Shown here: one piece after another, positions 10,641 to 21,757 of the stretch
Layout: each line of letters begins with the position of its first letter
Position numbering within the stretch: position 1 is the first letter of the stretch
Assembly: GCA_023433405.1 (NCBI GenBank)
Contig: JAEZCT010000067.1
Span: 13,478-77,477 of the forward strand
Source: Bacillota bacterium
GTDB lineage: Bacteria > Bacillota > Clostridia > Oscillospirales > Ruminococcaceae
Direction of reading: 5' to 3'
Length of the DNA: 64,000 nt
Notes under the pieces: model-generated
Databases searched by the model: none
Told to the model about the DNA's origin: nothing
What the model saw: only the letters and a program-made list of their open reading frames with translations
Program-made: the position numbers and the translations under genes

Positions 10641-12314
10641 TTAACCCTGCGGGCAGAGCAGAACCCCGCCCTTATCCGCGCTGGTCACCATGCTTTGGTA
10701 CTTTTTGAGTACACCCGTTACCTCACGGGGCGGCTTTAGTACGGTGGTTTTCTTACGCTCCAGCATCTCCTCGGGGGATAGGCGCACGTTTAGGCTGTAA
10801 GAGGGGATGTCGATTTCGATGATATCCCCTTCCCGCAGGAGGGAGATGGGTCCGCCCAGCGCCGCTTCGGGGGAGATATGCCCAATGGCAGCACCCCTTG
10901 TGGCACCCGAAAAGCGTCCGTCGGTAATAAGCGCGACCTCTTTATCCAGCCCCATTCCCGCAATGGCGGAGGTGGGGGACAGCATCTCGCGCATACCCGG
11001 GCCGCCGGAGGGGCCTTCGTAGCGGATAACCACCACATCACCGGGCTTGATTTGCCCCGCGAAGATGGCCTTGCTTGCCTCGTCCTCACCGTCAAACACC
11101 CGGGCGGGGCCGGAGTGCTTTAGCATCTCGGGGGCTACCGCGCTGCGCTTAACCACCGAGCCGTTTGGGGCAAGGTTGCCAAACAAAATCGCAAGCCCCC
11201 CCGTCTGGGAGTAAGGGTTCTCAATGGGACGAATGACCTCGGGGTTTTTGTTCTTTACTCCCTTTAGCAGGTCGCCCAGCGTACCGCCCGCCGTTACCGG
11301 CACCCCGGTATCGAGGTGGCCGGCCTTCGCAATCTCCGCCATAACCGCCAGCACGCCGCCCGCGGCGAAAAGGTCCTGCATATGGTGGGCGCCGGCGGGG
11401 GCTAGGTGGCATAGGTTTGGGGTGCGGCTGCTCACCTCGTTAATCAGCTCAAGGCTAAAGTCCACATCCGCCTCATGGCAAATCGCCGCAAGGTGCAGCA
11501 CCGTGTTGGTGGAGCAGCCCAGCGCCATATCCACCGCCAGCGCGTTTCGTATACTGCGCTCGTTTAGGATATCACGCGCGCGTACATTGCCGCGCACCAG
11601 CTCCATAATGCGTTCCCCTGCCGCTTCGGCAAGACGGGTACGGTGTGCATACACGGCGGGAATGCTGCCGTTGCCCGGCAAGGCAATACCCACCGCCTCG
11701 CACAGGCAGCCCATAGAGTTTGCGGTAAACATACCCGAGCAGGAGCCGCAGGAGGGACAGGCGTTATCCTCAATATAAGCAAGACGCTCGTCGTCAATCT
11801 TACCCACGGTGTGGGCGCCCACCGCCTCAAACACGCTGTTTAGGTCCATATACCTGCCGTCGTCGCCGCACAGGGAGAGCATTGGCCCGCCGGTGACAAA
11901 GATGCTGGGCAGGTTCAGACGAACCGCCGCCATGAGCATACCCGGGGTGATCTTATCGCAGCTTGGCAAAAAGACTAAGCCGTCAAAGCAGTGTGCCATT
12001 GCCATACATTCCACGCTGTCGGCAATCACCTCGCGGGAAACTAAGGAGTATTTCATGCCGTTGTGACCCATGGCAATACCGTCGCAAACCGCAATGGTGT
12101 TAAATTCCAGCGGCGTTCCGCCCGCTGCCAGCACGCCGTCCTTGACGGCGCGGGATAGTCGGTCAAGGTGAGTGTGTCCCGGCACGACCTCGTTATAGGA
12201 GTTAACGATGCCGATGATGGGTCGGTTAATCTGCGCGTCGCTTAGTCCGTTTGCCTTTAGCAGCGAGCGCGACGGCGCGCGCTGTACGCCCTTTTTAATG
12301 TTGTCGCTGTTCAT
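10641..12314 (-). CDS. ilvD: Dihydroxy-acid dehydratase
   Basis: IlvD/Edd motifs ([27 protein letters not shown]). The start is trimmed to MNSDNIKKG. Confidence 0.95.
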   Translation of the reverse strand: MNSDNIKKGVQRAPSRSLLKANGLSDAQINRPIIGIVNSYNEVVPGHTHLDRLSRAVKDGVLAAGGTPLEFNTIAVCDGIAMGHNGMKYSLVSREVIADSVECMAMAHCFDGLVFLPSCDKITPGMLMAAVRLNLPSIFVTGGPMLSLCGDDGRYMDLNSVFEAVGAHTVGKIDDERLAYIEDNACPSCGSCSGMFTANSMGCLCEAVGIALPGNGSIPAVYAHRTRLAEAAGERIMELVRGNVRARDILNERSIRNALAVDMALGCSTNTVLHLAAICHEADVDFSLELINEVSSRTPNLCHLAPAGAHHMQDLFAAGGVLAVMAEIAKAGHLDTGVPVTAGGTLGDLLKGVKNKNPEVIRPIENPYSQTGGLAILFGNLAPNGSVVKRSAVAPEMLKHSGPARVFDGEDEASKAIFAGQIKPGDVVVIRYEGPSGGPGMREMLSPTSAIAGMGLDKEVALITDGRFSGATRGAAIGHISPEAALGGPISLLREGDIIEIDIPSYSLNVRLSPEEMLERKKTTVLKPPREVTGVLKKYQSMVTSADKGGVLLCPQG

Positions 12315-12467
12315 CTTGACCATCCCTTTCAAAAAAAAGCTGGCGGCCTGCGGGGCCGTTAGGGGGAGTAAATGGAATAAGATATTGGGAGAAGGTTTTG
12401 GCGCGATTGTTGTTTATAGATACCGTTCCGGCATCTGTGCAGGAACGGTATTGCAACGAATGTTTTT

Positions 12468-13553
<1,086 letters not shown>

Positions 13554-14063
13554 CTAGCTTTTGCCTTCTGCCAGGCAGTAGTTGTTGCGGCCAATGGCGG
13601 TTACGCCGGTTCGGCAGATCTCCATAATATTGTAGGGTCGCAAATACTCCACAAAGGCGTCGAGCTTTGCGCGGTTGCCGGTGAGCTCCACGGTAATAAT
13701 CTCCTGCGAAAGGTCGATGACCTTGGCGCGAAAGATTTGCACCGCCTCGGTGACCTCATGGCGCTTACCCGGGGCGATATGCAGCTTAATGATAATCAGC
13801 TCCCGCGAGACGGTGCTCTGCGCGTCCATAAGCTGTACGGTTTTCACATCCACCAGCTTTTCCAGCTGCTTTACAATCTGTTCCTTGACGTATTCGTCCC
13901 CGGTGGAAACAATGGTCATGCGGGAAACCTCGGGATCCTCCGTTACGCCGACGGTGAGGGAATCGATGTTAAAGCCCCTCTTTGAGAACAGGCCCGCGAC
14001 TCTGGTGAGCACACCAAAATGGTTGGCAACCAGTATGGAAACGATAAATTGATCGTTGTTCAT
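13554..14063 (-). CDS. ilvN: Acetolactate synthase small (regulatory) subunit
   Basis: ACT-domain sequence ILVANHFGVLTRVAGLFSKRGFNIDSLTVG. It lies immediately downstream of ilvB. Confidence 0.92.
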   Translation of the reverse strand: MNNDQFIVSILVANHFGVLTRVAGLFSKRGFNIDSLTVGVTEDPEVSRMTIVSTGDEYVKEQIVKQLEKLVDVKTVQLMDAQSTVSRELIIIKLHIAPGKRHEVTEAVQIFRAKVIDLSQEIITVELTGNRAKLDAFVEYLRPYNIMEICRTGVTAIGRNNYCLAEGKS

Positions 14064-14095
14064 GGGTTTGACCGTCCTTTCTATCGTAAAGGCAG

Positions 14096-15757
14096 TTATT
14101 TTAAGATAATATCCTTAATGCTGCCCCCCGGCGGAATCATGGGCAGTACGCGCTCGTCGCTGTCAATGCGGCAATCCAGCAAAAACGGTCCCTTGTGGGC
14201 AAAGGCCTTTTGGACGGCGGGCTGCAATTCATCCAGGGTGTTAACCGCAAGCCCCGCGCCGCCAAACGCCTCGGCAAGCTTTACAAAATCGGTTTTGCGG
14301 TTTAAAGAAGTCTGGCTGTAGCGCTTGCCAAAAAACTGCGTCTGCCACTGGCGAACCATGCCCAGGGCGTTGTTGTTAAGCACCACCACAATAACCGGCA
14401 GCTCGAAGCTTACCGCCGTGGCAAGCTCGGCAAGGTTCATATGAAAGCTGCCGTCGCTTGTAAACAGCACGGTTTTTTGCCTGCCGGTGGCAAGGCACGC
14501 GCCGATGGCGGCACCCAAGCCATAGCCCATGGTACCCAAGCCGCCGCTTGTGGAGAAGGTGCGCGGCGTTTGGAAACGGTAGTACTGCGCGGCCCACATC
14601 TGGTGCTGACCAACGTCGGTGGCAATAACGGTATTGGGGCTTGCGCAGTCGTTAACGGCAGCAATCACCGCCTGCGGGGTAAGCTCCCCCGCCCTCATGT
14701 CAATGCAGTTCTGGGGACAGGTGCGAAACTCCTCCACCTCGTCATGCCATTCGGGGCGCTCTGCTTTTTTCAGCTGGGAAAGAAGGGCGTTTAAAATACC
14801 CTTGATATCGCCGATAACGCCCGTATAAGCCGCGATGTTCTTGCCAATTTCGGCGGGGTCGATGTCGATATGAATGACGGTGCGTCCGCCCGAAAACTCG
14901 CGCTTGTTGCCGGTGGCACGGTCGGAGAACCGGGTGCCGACGGCGATGATGACATCGCATTTGGATAACGCGCGGTTAGAGGCAAAGCGCCCGTGCATTC
15001 CCACCATGCCAAGGTTGCGCAGGTTGTCGGAGGGGATGGCGGTAAGACCCATCATGCTAAGGCCGATAGGGGCGTCAATGCGCTCGGCAAGCTCCAAAAG
15101 CTCCGCCCCCGCCTCGGATGCGACCACGCCGCCGCCCGCGTAGATGTATGGGCGCTGCGCGCCCGCAATCAGCTCCGCGATATGGGCGCATTCCGCCGTT
15201 TTATCCCCCGCGGGCGTTAACGGCTCGGGGAATTTCGGTTCATACTCGGTCTGAGAGGTCTGCACATCCTTGGGAATATCGATGAGCACGGGACCTTTTC
15301 TGCCCTCGTTGGCAATGCGGAACGCCTCGCGGATGGTGTCGGCGAGCTTCTCCACATCCTTAACAATGTAGTTGTGCTTGGTAATCGGCATCGTCACGCC
15401 GGTGATGTCTACCTCTTGAAAGCTGTCGCGCCCGATTAACGGGGTGGGTACGTTTCCTGTAATCGCGACCAGTGGGGTGCTGTCGAGGTAGGCGGTGGCA
15501 ATGCCGGTTACCAGGTTGGTTGCGCCGGGGCCGGAGGTGGCGATAACCACGCCGGTCTTGCCGCTGACTCTTGCAAAGCTATCCGCCGCGTGTGCGGCTC
15601 CCTGCTCGTGGCAGGTGATATAATGGGTAATTTTATCCGAGCTTTTATAAAGTTCATCGTAGATGTTAAGCACCTGCCCGCCCGGGTAGCCAAAGACGGT
15701 GTCTACCCCTTGTTCCAGCAGAGTTTCTATGAGAATTTGCGCTCCGGTCAGCATCAT
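14096..15757 (-). CDS. ilvB: Acetolactate synthase large subunit (ThDP-dependent)
   Basis: ThDP-enzyme motifs (GYPGG, GPGATN, GLGTMGYGLGAAIGA...DGSF.MN). Confidence 0.95.
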   Translation of the reverse strand: MMLTGAQILIETLLEQGVDTVFGYPGGQVLNIYDELYKSSDKITHYITCHEQGAAHAADSFARVSGKTGVVIATSGPGATNLVTGIATAYLDSTPLVAITGNVPTPLIGRDSFQEVDITGVTMPITKHNYIVKDVEKLADTIREAFRIANEGRKGPVLIDIPKDVQTSQTEYEPKFPEPLTPAGDKTAECAHIAELIAGAQRPYIYAGGGVVASEAGAELLELAERIDAPIGLSMMGLTAIPSDNLRNLGMVGMHGRFASNRALSKCDVIIAVGTRFSDRATGNKREFSGGRTVIHIDIDPAEIGKNIAAYTGVIGDIKGILNALLSQLKKAERPEWHDEVEEFRTCPQNCIDMRAGELTPQAVIAAVNDCASPNTVIATDVGQHQMWAAQYYRFQTPRTFSTSGGLGTMGYGLGAAIGACLATGRQKTVLFTSDGSFHMNLAELATAVSFELPVIVVVLNNNALGMVRQWQTQFFGKRYSQTSLNRKTDFVKLAEAFGGAGLAVNTLDELQPAVQKAFAHKGPFLLDCRIDSDERVLPMIPPGGSIKDIILK

Positions 15758-16093
15758 AGCGTTTGTTTCCTTTCCTGTTGCGATTTTTGTTACACGTTAT
15801 GCCGCGGGTTTCCGGCGCTCCGGTAATCCGCCCTTTGCATGACGCGCAGCCTTTTCTTGCGGCAGGCAGTCTTAGCTGGCGAACCCCGCACCGGAGCCGG
15901 TGACAGCGACAGATAGCGTTAGGACATCCCGCAGCGCGAAGACGCGCGCAACGAGGACGAAGGTGTTTTTCATGGCGTTTAGCGTCCCTTTCCCGGTTAC
16001 CTTGCGCCTAATACCAATACCTCATTTATAAGGGATTGGTATTAGGCTCAGAGTTTTGCCCTTTAAAGTGGTAGCAACCAAAAAGCAGTAGCT

Positions 16094-16130
16094 GCAAAAA
16101 AGCCCTGCGGTGAGTGTTTCACTGCAGGGC
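16094..16130 (-). terminator. Intrinsic terminator / attenuator downstream of the leader ORF
   Basis: On the minus strand: GCCCTGCAGTG, a 7-nt loop, CACCGCAGGGC, then TTTTTTGC. Confidence 0.7.
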
Positions 16131-16179
16131 CAACATGGTTTATTTGATTGCAAGGCGGTCTATTTTAACCGGCCCTTCA

Positions 16180-16287
16180 TCATTCCCTTGTTTGCAGCGC
16201 AACACAATTCGCATCATCACTAACTAGTCCGACGACTAGAGCGATAATGACGATAATAATGTTGGCGATGGAAAACATCGGAATCAT
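16180..16287 (-). CDS. 35-codon Ile/Val-rich small ORF (candidate ilv leader peptide, or a small hydrophobic membrane peptide)
   Basis: It encodes MIPMFSIANIIIVIIALVVGLVSDDANCVALQTRE. AAGGAGA lies 9 nt upstream of the ATG. The ORF is below the 60-aa cut-off of the supplied track and I translated it by hand. Confidence 0.5.
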   Translation of the reverse strand: MIPMFSIANIIIVIIALVVGLVSDDANCVALQTRE

Positions 16288-16319
16288 CAAGGCGTTTCTC
16301 CTTGCGTTTAATTTTTATT

Positions 16320-16349
16320 AGTATAGCAGATGGCAAAGCGGGCTGTCAA
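16320..16349 (-). promoter_or_regulatory. Sigma-A type promoter driving the leader ORF and probably the ilv-leu operon
   Basis: On the minus strand: TTGACA, an 18-nt spacer, then TATACT, about 30 nt upstream of the leader ATG. Confidence 0.6.
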
Positions 16350-16593
16350 GGTATTTTACAGAGTTTTTATATTTATGTGGTGAGGTTAAAACGCGAACCG
16401 GGTAATGCTTATCCCATTTGAAAAAGGAGCAGGGATGATAAACCGTACAGCGGCGTAAGCATTGCCGCCACGCGGTTACTCATTTAATTGTGTCAGCGTG
16501 CCTTTGGCATTTTTAACAGGGTTCGGTATACGTTGCGTTTTGTCTGCGATGTGTTATATTGTTATAGAGCGGTTGACCTTATAATAATTGAAA

Positions 16594-17271
16594 ATGAAAT
16601 TAAAAAAGGATAAAAAGCCTATGGAGCTCAGTGAAATCAAGATAAAAAATAGGGCGGTTCGGTTTTTATACAGCAATCCTGAATGGGATGTAAGCATGAG
16701 CTTGATAAGGGGGAACAAAAACAACTACATCATCGACACAGGGCTAGGGTCATTATGCGCCGAGCCGATGAAAAAGGCGATAAAAGGCGACGAAAAAATG
16801 ACCGTCGTCATCAACACCCACCACCATTGGGATCATGTGTGGGGCAACGGCGCCTTTCGTGACGGCATGATTGCCGCGCACACGCTGTGCCGGGAGCTGA
16901 TTGCGAATAAATGGGACGAAATGCTGCAAAAAAACGGCAAGTACCGCACCGGCCAAGCGGAGCGGAGCCTGCCCGGTGTAGTATTTGATAAGGAGCTATA
17001 TTTTGCGGAGGATCAAATCAGGCTTTTTCATTCCCCCGGGCATACCCCCGATTCCATCAGCGTATTGGACGAAGCGGAGGGTGTGCTGTATCTGGGCGAC
17101 AACGTGGGGGATACGCCCGAGGAGCCGGTACCCAGTCTCTATTGCGAAAAGGCAGTATATATCAATACCCTACAAGAGTATCAGCGTCTGGATTATGATG
17201 TGTGTGTCTCCGGTCACAATGTGGTTTTGAAAAAGGATATTTTGAATAAGATTTTGTCCATGATGGAATAG
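16594..17271 (+). CDS. MBL-fold metallo-hydrolase
   Basis: HxHxDH motif (NTHHHWDHVWGN) and a downstream HSPGHTPDS. The start codon is uncertain (16588, 16594 or 16621). Confidence 0.8.
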   Translation: MKLKKDKKPMELSEIKIKNRAVRFLYSNPEWDVSMSLIRGNKNNYIIDTGLGSLCAEPMKKAIKGDEKMTVVINTHHHWDHVWGNGAFRDGMIAAHTLCRELIANKWDEMLQKNGKYRTGQAERSLPGVVFDKELYFAEDQIRLFHSPGHTPDSISVLDEAEGVLYLGDNVGDTPEEPVPSLYCEKAVYINTLQEYQRLDYDVCVSGHNVVLKKDILNKILSMME

Positions 17272-17306
17272 GGCGTTTGGGTACTAAATAAAAAGGGGGC
17301 GGCAGG

Positions 17307-18257
17307 ATGTGCGCGGCTGCGCAAAATCCGTTTATTTTCTCGGATAATAACAAGCGCTATCACACCCTGCGCTACCATTTGGGTGGGCGGTTTTCCCATA
17401 GGGTATTTAAAGCGTCGCTGGACGGCGGGTTTACCTGCCCAAACCTTGACGGCACCAAGGGGACGGGGGGCTGTGCTTACTGCCTTTTTGGCGGCAGTGA
17501 GTTTACAAGCGGCGCGCTGGATGTTGCTTTGCAGATAAGGCGGGAGCTTGACCGGGTGCGCGCCAAATTTGCCGGCGCGGAGGTGATAGCCTACTTTCAG
17601 GCGCACACCAATACCTATGCGCCGGTAGAACGGCTGAAAACCGTGTACGACACAGCGCTGTGCCAACAGGGAGTATGCGGGCTTAGCGTCGCCACGCGGT
17701 GTGACGCGCTGCCTGAGAATGTGCTGGATTACCTCGCGGAGCTTGCAACCAAAACCTACCTGACGGTGGAGCTTGGGCTGCAGACGGTACACGACCGCAC
17801 TGCGCGGCTTGTTTGCCGCGGGCACACCTTTGCAGAATTTCTGACGGCGTATTATGCCCTTCAATTACGCGGCGTTCGCGTCTGCGTTCACCTCATAAAC
17901 GGTTTGCCCGGTGAGACGTTTGAGGACATGACCGAGACCGCGCGGGTGGTGGGGGGCTTGCGTCCTGACGGGGTTAAGCTGCACCTTTTACACATCCTGC
18001 GCGGCACCACACTTGCGGATTGGTACGCGCGGGGGGAGGTTACCCCCATGACGCGGCAGGAATACATCCGCACGGTATGCGCACAGCTTGCCCTTTTGCC
18101 CCCTCAAACGGTAATAGAGCGGCTGACGGGGGATGGCGCGCGGGATACGCTGATAGCCCCCCTGTGGAGCCTTGACAAGGTAGCGACACTGGGCGGCATT
18201 GATAAAATGCTGGCGGAGCATAACCTGTGGCAGGGCAAAAATTATACGCCGGGTTAA
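17307..18257 (+). CDS. Radical SAM protein, TIGR01212-like family
   Basis: CPNLDGTKGTGGCAYC cluster motif and overall similarity to the YhcC/TIGR01212 family. GGGGG RBS. Confidence 0.8.
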   Translation: MCAAAQNPFIFSDNNKRYHTLRYHLGGRFSHRVFKASLDGGFTCPNLDGTKGTGGCAYCLFGGSEFTSGALDVALQIRRELDRVRAKFAGAEVIAYFQAHTNTYAPVERLKTVYDTALCQQGVCGLSVATRCDALPENVLDYLAELATKTYLTVELGLQTVHDRTARLVCRGHTFAEFLTAYYALQLRGVRVCVHLINGLPGETFEDMTETARVVGGLRPDGVKLHLLHILRGTTLADWYARGEVTPMTRQEYIRTVCAQLALLPPQTVIERLTGDGARDTLIAPLWSLDKVATLGGIDKMLAEHNLWQGKNYTPG

Positions 18258-18291
18258 GCTGCAAGAATTTCTCGATTTAAGGAAACTGGGA

Positions 18292-18639
18292 CTATACCCT
18301 GTTTTGCCCGCCCCAGTCGCACATCGCATCCAATACAGGAATAAGCGAACGCCCCCGCTCGGTGAGAATATATTCTACCTTGGGTGGTATTTGCGGGTAC
18401 TCGGTGCGCAGGAGAATGCCGTCTGCCTCCAGCTCCTTCAGTGTCAGGCTCAGGGTTTTAAAGGATATGGTGCCGACCCTGCGTTTTAGCTCATTAAACC
18501 GCAGAACTCCGCATTCGGCCAGCCAGTACATCAATATCATTTTGTATTTGCCGCCAATGATAGAAAGGGTATATCCGAAATCGGTGTCGGCAAGCGCAAC
18601 ACCGGTTTCCAGACAGCGTTCAGCGTTCATATTAGCCAT
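18292..18639 (-). CDS. HxlR-family winged-helix transcriptional regulator
   Basis: Typical HxlR sequence (IIGGKYKMILMYWL...RFNELKR.....S.KTLS..LKELE.DGI..R). It is divergent from an oxidoreductase gene. Confidence 0.85.
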   Translation of the reverse strand: MANMNAERCLETGVALADTDFGYTLSIIGGKYKMILMYWLAECGVLRFNELKRRVGTISFKTLSLTLKELEADGILLRTEYPQIPPKVEYILTERGRSLIPVLDAMCDWGGQNRV

Positions 18640-18775
18640 ACTCTCCCTTGCGTAAGTATATGTAGTGAATGTGCATACTTTACAGCGCTATTATTACACA
18701 GTAAAATGAAATAGGCAAGGCTACTGTATGATGTTAAAGCAACAAATGCACGATGAGAAGGGAATGGGCACAACG

Positions 18776-19327
18776 ATGGCGAAGAACATACTGGTACTCA
18801 CAGGCAGCCCCCGTAAGAACGGCAACAGTGACCTTTTGGCGGAGGCATTTGTAAGAGGCGCCGAGGCAAAGGGTCATAGCGTCACACGGTATAACACCAC
18901 CGCAAAGACCATAGGCGGCTGCCGCGCCTGTGATACCTGCTGGAGTAAGGGGCGGGCCTGCACCTTTGTGGATGGCTTTACCGAGCTGGAACCACTGCTC
19001 GAACAGGCGGAGACACTGGTTTTTGTAAGCCCCCTGTATTGGTTTGGGATGTCGGCGCAGCTCAAGGCCGCCGTTGACCGCATGTACGCGTATTCCCAGG
19101 ATTTTCGCAAGGTTTCCTTGAAGATAACCGAAAGCCTGCTGCTCACCTGTGCCGCCACCGACGAGATGAAGGAGTTCAGCGGGGAGATTGAGACCTACCG
19201 GCTGATAGCAGAATACCTAAAATGGCAGGATAGAGGCGTCCTTGCCGTACCCGGCGTGCAGAATAAGGGGGATATTCTCAAGACCGGCGCGCTGGAAAAG
19301 GCCGAGCGGATGGGTTACGCGCTGTAG
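18776..19327 (+). CDS. NAD(P)H-dependent FMN reductase / iron-sulfur flavoprotein-like oxidoreductase
   Basis: ILVLTGSPRKNGNSDLL flavodoxin-like motif plus the Cys cluster GGCRACDTCW. The start is trimmed to MAKNILV. Confidence 0.8.
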   Translation: MAKNILVLTGSPRKNGNSDLLAEAFVRGAEAKGHSVTRYNTTAKTIGGCRACDTCWSKGRACTFVDGFTELEPLLEQAETLVFVSPLYWFGMSAQLKAAVDRMYAYSQDFRKVSLKITESLLLTCAATDEMKEFSGEIETYRLIAEYLKWQDRGVLAVPGVQNKGDILKTGALEKAERMGYAL

Positions 19328-19410
19328 CCTTTTTTCAGGCTAGTAATAATTTCGCGTCACAATAAAACAGGCTGTGCAATTAACCGCAGGCAGCCGAACA
19401 GGATTTGCTG

Positions 19411-19439
19411 TTGACAACGCGGTGAAACAGAGCTATGAT
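19411..19439 (+). promoter_or_regulatory. Sigma-A type promoter upstream of the ferredoxin-hydS unit
   Basis: TTGACA, a 17-nt spacer, then TATGAT. Confidence 0.5.
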
Positions 19440-19596
19440 TAATGTGTAACTTTGATAATTTATTAACAAGAAGTGGCGCTTTTTCTTGTACATAATACTA
19501 AGCCTCGCTTTAACAATTCAATAAAAACGGCTATGACAGTTTTAGAGTCTATAGAATAATTCACCATCACTTCACTGCGGACGAAAGGTTGATACC

Positions 19597-19884
19597 ATGA
19601 TCGATATCTGTGTTTGTGTTGGAAGCTCCTGCCATATGCGCGGCTCTTATCAGGTGATAAAAACCTTTACCGAGCTTATTAAGGAGCACGGGCTCGACAA
19701 CATGGTTACCCTTAAGGCATCCTTTTGCATGGGACGGTGCATGTCGGGTATTTCGGTTTCTGTGGGCGGCGAGCCGGTGGAAAACGTAGGCTATGTAAAC
19801 GCCTTTGAGGTGTTTCACGCGCAAATTATGCCGACCATCGCCCGCCTGTGTGCGCAGCAGACGGCAGACGAGCAAAAGGAATAG
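19597..19884 (+). CDS. Thioredoxin-like [2Fe-2S] ferredoxin domain protein
   Basis: Cys pattern CVGSSCHMRG...CMGRC is typical of NuoE/HndA-like 2Fe-2S modules. Confidence 0.7.
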   Translation: MIDICVCVGSSCHMRGSYQVIKTFTELIKEHGLDNMVTLKASFCMGRCMSGISVSVGGEPVENVGYVNAFEVFHAQIMPTIARLCAQQTADEQKE

Positions 19885-19970
19885 TGGCAAGTGTCCCGAT
19901 GCTTGTTATACTACGCAAATTTTATACGAATTGTTTTTGACAAAAACCCTATGGGCGCACGCGCCGGAAA

Positions 19971-21674
19971 GTGATGGTCCTGGCAATGGGGAATATTGTA
20001 GAGCTTAATACCGCCAACTGCAAAAATTGCTACCGCTGCATCCGCGAATGCCCCATCAAGGCCATTCGCTTTCACAACGACCGTGCCTCCATTCTGGAGA
20101 GCGAATGTATAGAATGCGGCATCTGTGTGGAGGTGTGCCCCCAGACCACCCGTCGGGTGCGCAACGATACAGCGGCTGTGAAGCAGCTGCTTTTAGAGGA
20201 AAAGCCGGTATACCTTTCCCTTGCTCCCTCTTGGGTAGGCTGGTATGAAGGGGTTGCGTTCTCCCGCATTTCGGCGGCGCTCAAGCGCCTTGGCTTTGCG
20301 GGGGTGGAGGAGACTGCCATCGGAGCGGCGGAAAGCTCGCGGGAATACGCGCGGCTGATTGAAGAGGGGCAGATGGAGAACATTTTTGTCACCGCCTGTG
20401 CCTCTGCCGTGATGCTGGTGGAACGGCATTACCCCGAGCTCATTGATATGCTGGCGCCCGTATCCTCCCCGATGATGGCTCATGCGCGTATGATGCGCGA
20501 AACCTATGGGGAAATACGCGTGGTGTTTGCGGGGCCCTGCATCTCCAAGATGAACGAAACCGGGGACGCGCTGGCGGGCGGGCTTGTAAACAACGCCATT
20601 ACCTTCACGGCGCTGGATGAATGGCTGGCGGAGGAGGGCGTTGGGCTGTACGAGGAAGACGCGGCCGCCGCCGGGGTAGCCCGCCCCATCGCGCGCCTTT
20701 ACCCTAAGCCCGGGGGTATTCTTGCCACCGTTCCGGTGCAAACCAAAGGGTATGCGCGTATTGCCGTGGATGGGCTTTACCGCTGTGTGGAGCTGCTTAA
20801 TACCTTTCGCCAGGAACGGCCAAAGGGCTATTTTATCGAGATGAATATCTGCCCCGGGGGCTGTGTGGGCGGTCCGGTTTTTCGTTTGACGGGCAAGAAC
20901 TCCCTTTTGACCCAGCGCCATGTAACGGCAGAGCGGATGCCGCAGGATGAGCGTCCCGCGCCCGACGCGGGGTTACAGCTGCCCCACCCCCGGGTGTTTG
21001 CAAACCGCGGATTAAAGCGAGAGGCTCCCTCCGAGCAGGATATTTTGCGCATACTGTCAAGGATTGGCAAGTATACGGCGGAGCAGGAGCTTAATTGCGG
21101 CGGCTGCGGGTATAAAACCTGCCGCGAAAAGGCGGCGGCTGTGTACTTCGGCAAGGCGGATATTAACATGTGCCTGCCTTTTTTTCGTGAGCGGGCGGAA
21201 AATATGTCAAACATTGTGCTCGAGCATTCCCCAAACGCCATCTTTGTGCTGGATAAAAGCCTGCTGGTGCAGGAATTAAACCCCCGCGCAGAGGCGATTT
21301 TACAGGAAAAGCGCGCGCAGGCCATCGGTCTGCCTGTCTCACTGTTTTATGGCGATGGCGGCTTTGAGCGCGCGGTGAGCGACAAAACCGTAACCCAAAA
21401 GCTTAACGTACCCGAGTATAACCGCACCTATGAGCAGACCATCACCTACATCCCCGAGCATAAAAGCTTTATAGTACTGCTAAAGGATATTACCGAGGAT
21501 GAGTCGCGGGAGCAGGCGCTGGACGAAATGCGCAGCCACACCGTGGATATTGCGCAGAAGGTCATTGAAAAGCAGATGCGCGTGGCACAGGAGATCGCGA
21601 GCCTACTCGGCGAAACCACCGCCGAAACGAAGGTGGCGCTTACGAACCTGAAGAAATCGATGACGAACCTTTAG
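19971..21674 (+). CDS. Putative sensory [FeFe]-hydrogenase (HydS-type: 2x[4Fe-4S], H-cluster domain, extra Cys4, PAS)
   Basis: Two CxxCxxCxxxCP motifs. H-cluster motifs are variant TACASAV, GPCISK and EMNICPGGCVGGP, followed by CGGCGYKTC and a PAS-like C-terminus. The exact start is uncertain. Confidence 0.8.
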   Translation: MMVLAMGNIVELNTANCKNCYRCIRECPIKAIRFHNDRASILESECIECGICVEVCPQTTRRVRNDTAAVKQLLLEEKPVYLSLAPSWVGWYEGVAFSRISAALKRLGFAGVEETAIGAAESSREYARLIEEGQMENIFVTACASAVMLVERHYPELIDMLAPVSSPMMAHARMMRETYGEIRVVFAGPCISKMNETGDALAGGLVNNAITFTALDEWLAEEGVGLYEEDAAAAGVARPIARLYPKPGGILATVPVQTKGYARIAVDGLYRCVELLNTFRQERPKGYFIEMNICPGGCVGGPVFRLTGKNSLLTQRHVTAERMPQDERPAPDAGLQLPHPRVFANRGLKREAPSEQDILRILSRIGKYTAEQELNCGGCGYKTCREKAAAVYFGKADINMCLPFFRERAENMSNIVLEHSPNAIFVLDKSLLVQELNPRAEAILQEKRAQAIGLPVSLFYGDGGFERAVSDKTVTQKLNVPEYNRTYEQTITYIPEHKSFIVLLKDITEDESREQALDEMRSHTVDIAQKVIEKQMRVAQEIASLLGETTAETKVALTNLKKSMTNL

Positions 21675-21757
21675 CATTATACCTTTTTAGTTCGCGTCAA
21701 AACCCGTAAAATCGGAGTTTTTGTCCCTTTTAATCAATTATATAGTATAGGATAATT

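Noticed and set aside
15872-15973. A second small minus-strand ORF between the attenuator terminator and ilvB. It encodes MKNTFVLVARVFALRDVLTLSVAVTGSGAGFAS and is Val/Leu-rich.
   Set aside because: It has only a weak, distant purine-rich RBS (GGGAAAGGGA, 11 nt away) and no terminator or obvious alternative structure after it. Its composition is less extreme than that of the 16180-16287 ORF. I keep it as a note only, but it would be worth checking if ribosome profiling is done.
15758-16093. A possible T-box riboswitch leader upstream of ilvB. The leuA upstream region at 10350-10640 was considered for the same reason.
   Set aside because: I found no T-box consensus (AAnnnGGGTGGTACCGCG-like), no AGAGA or GNUGGUA-type conserved boxes and no specifier-loop architecture on the minus strand. 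The GTGGTAGCAACC string at about 16069 is on the wrong strand.
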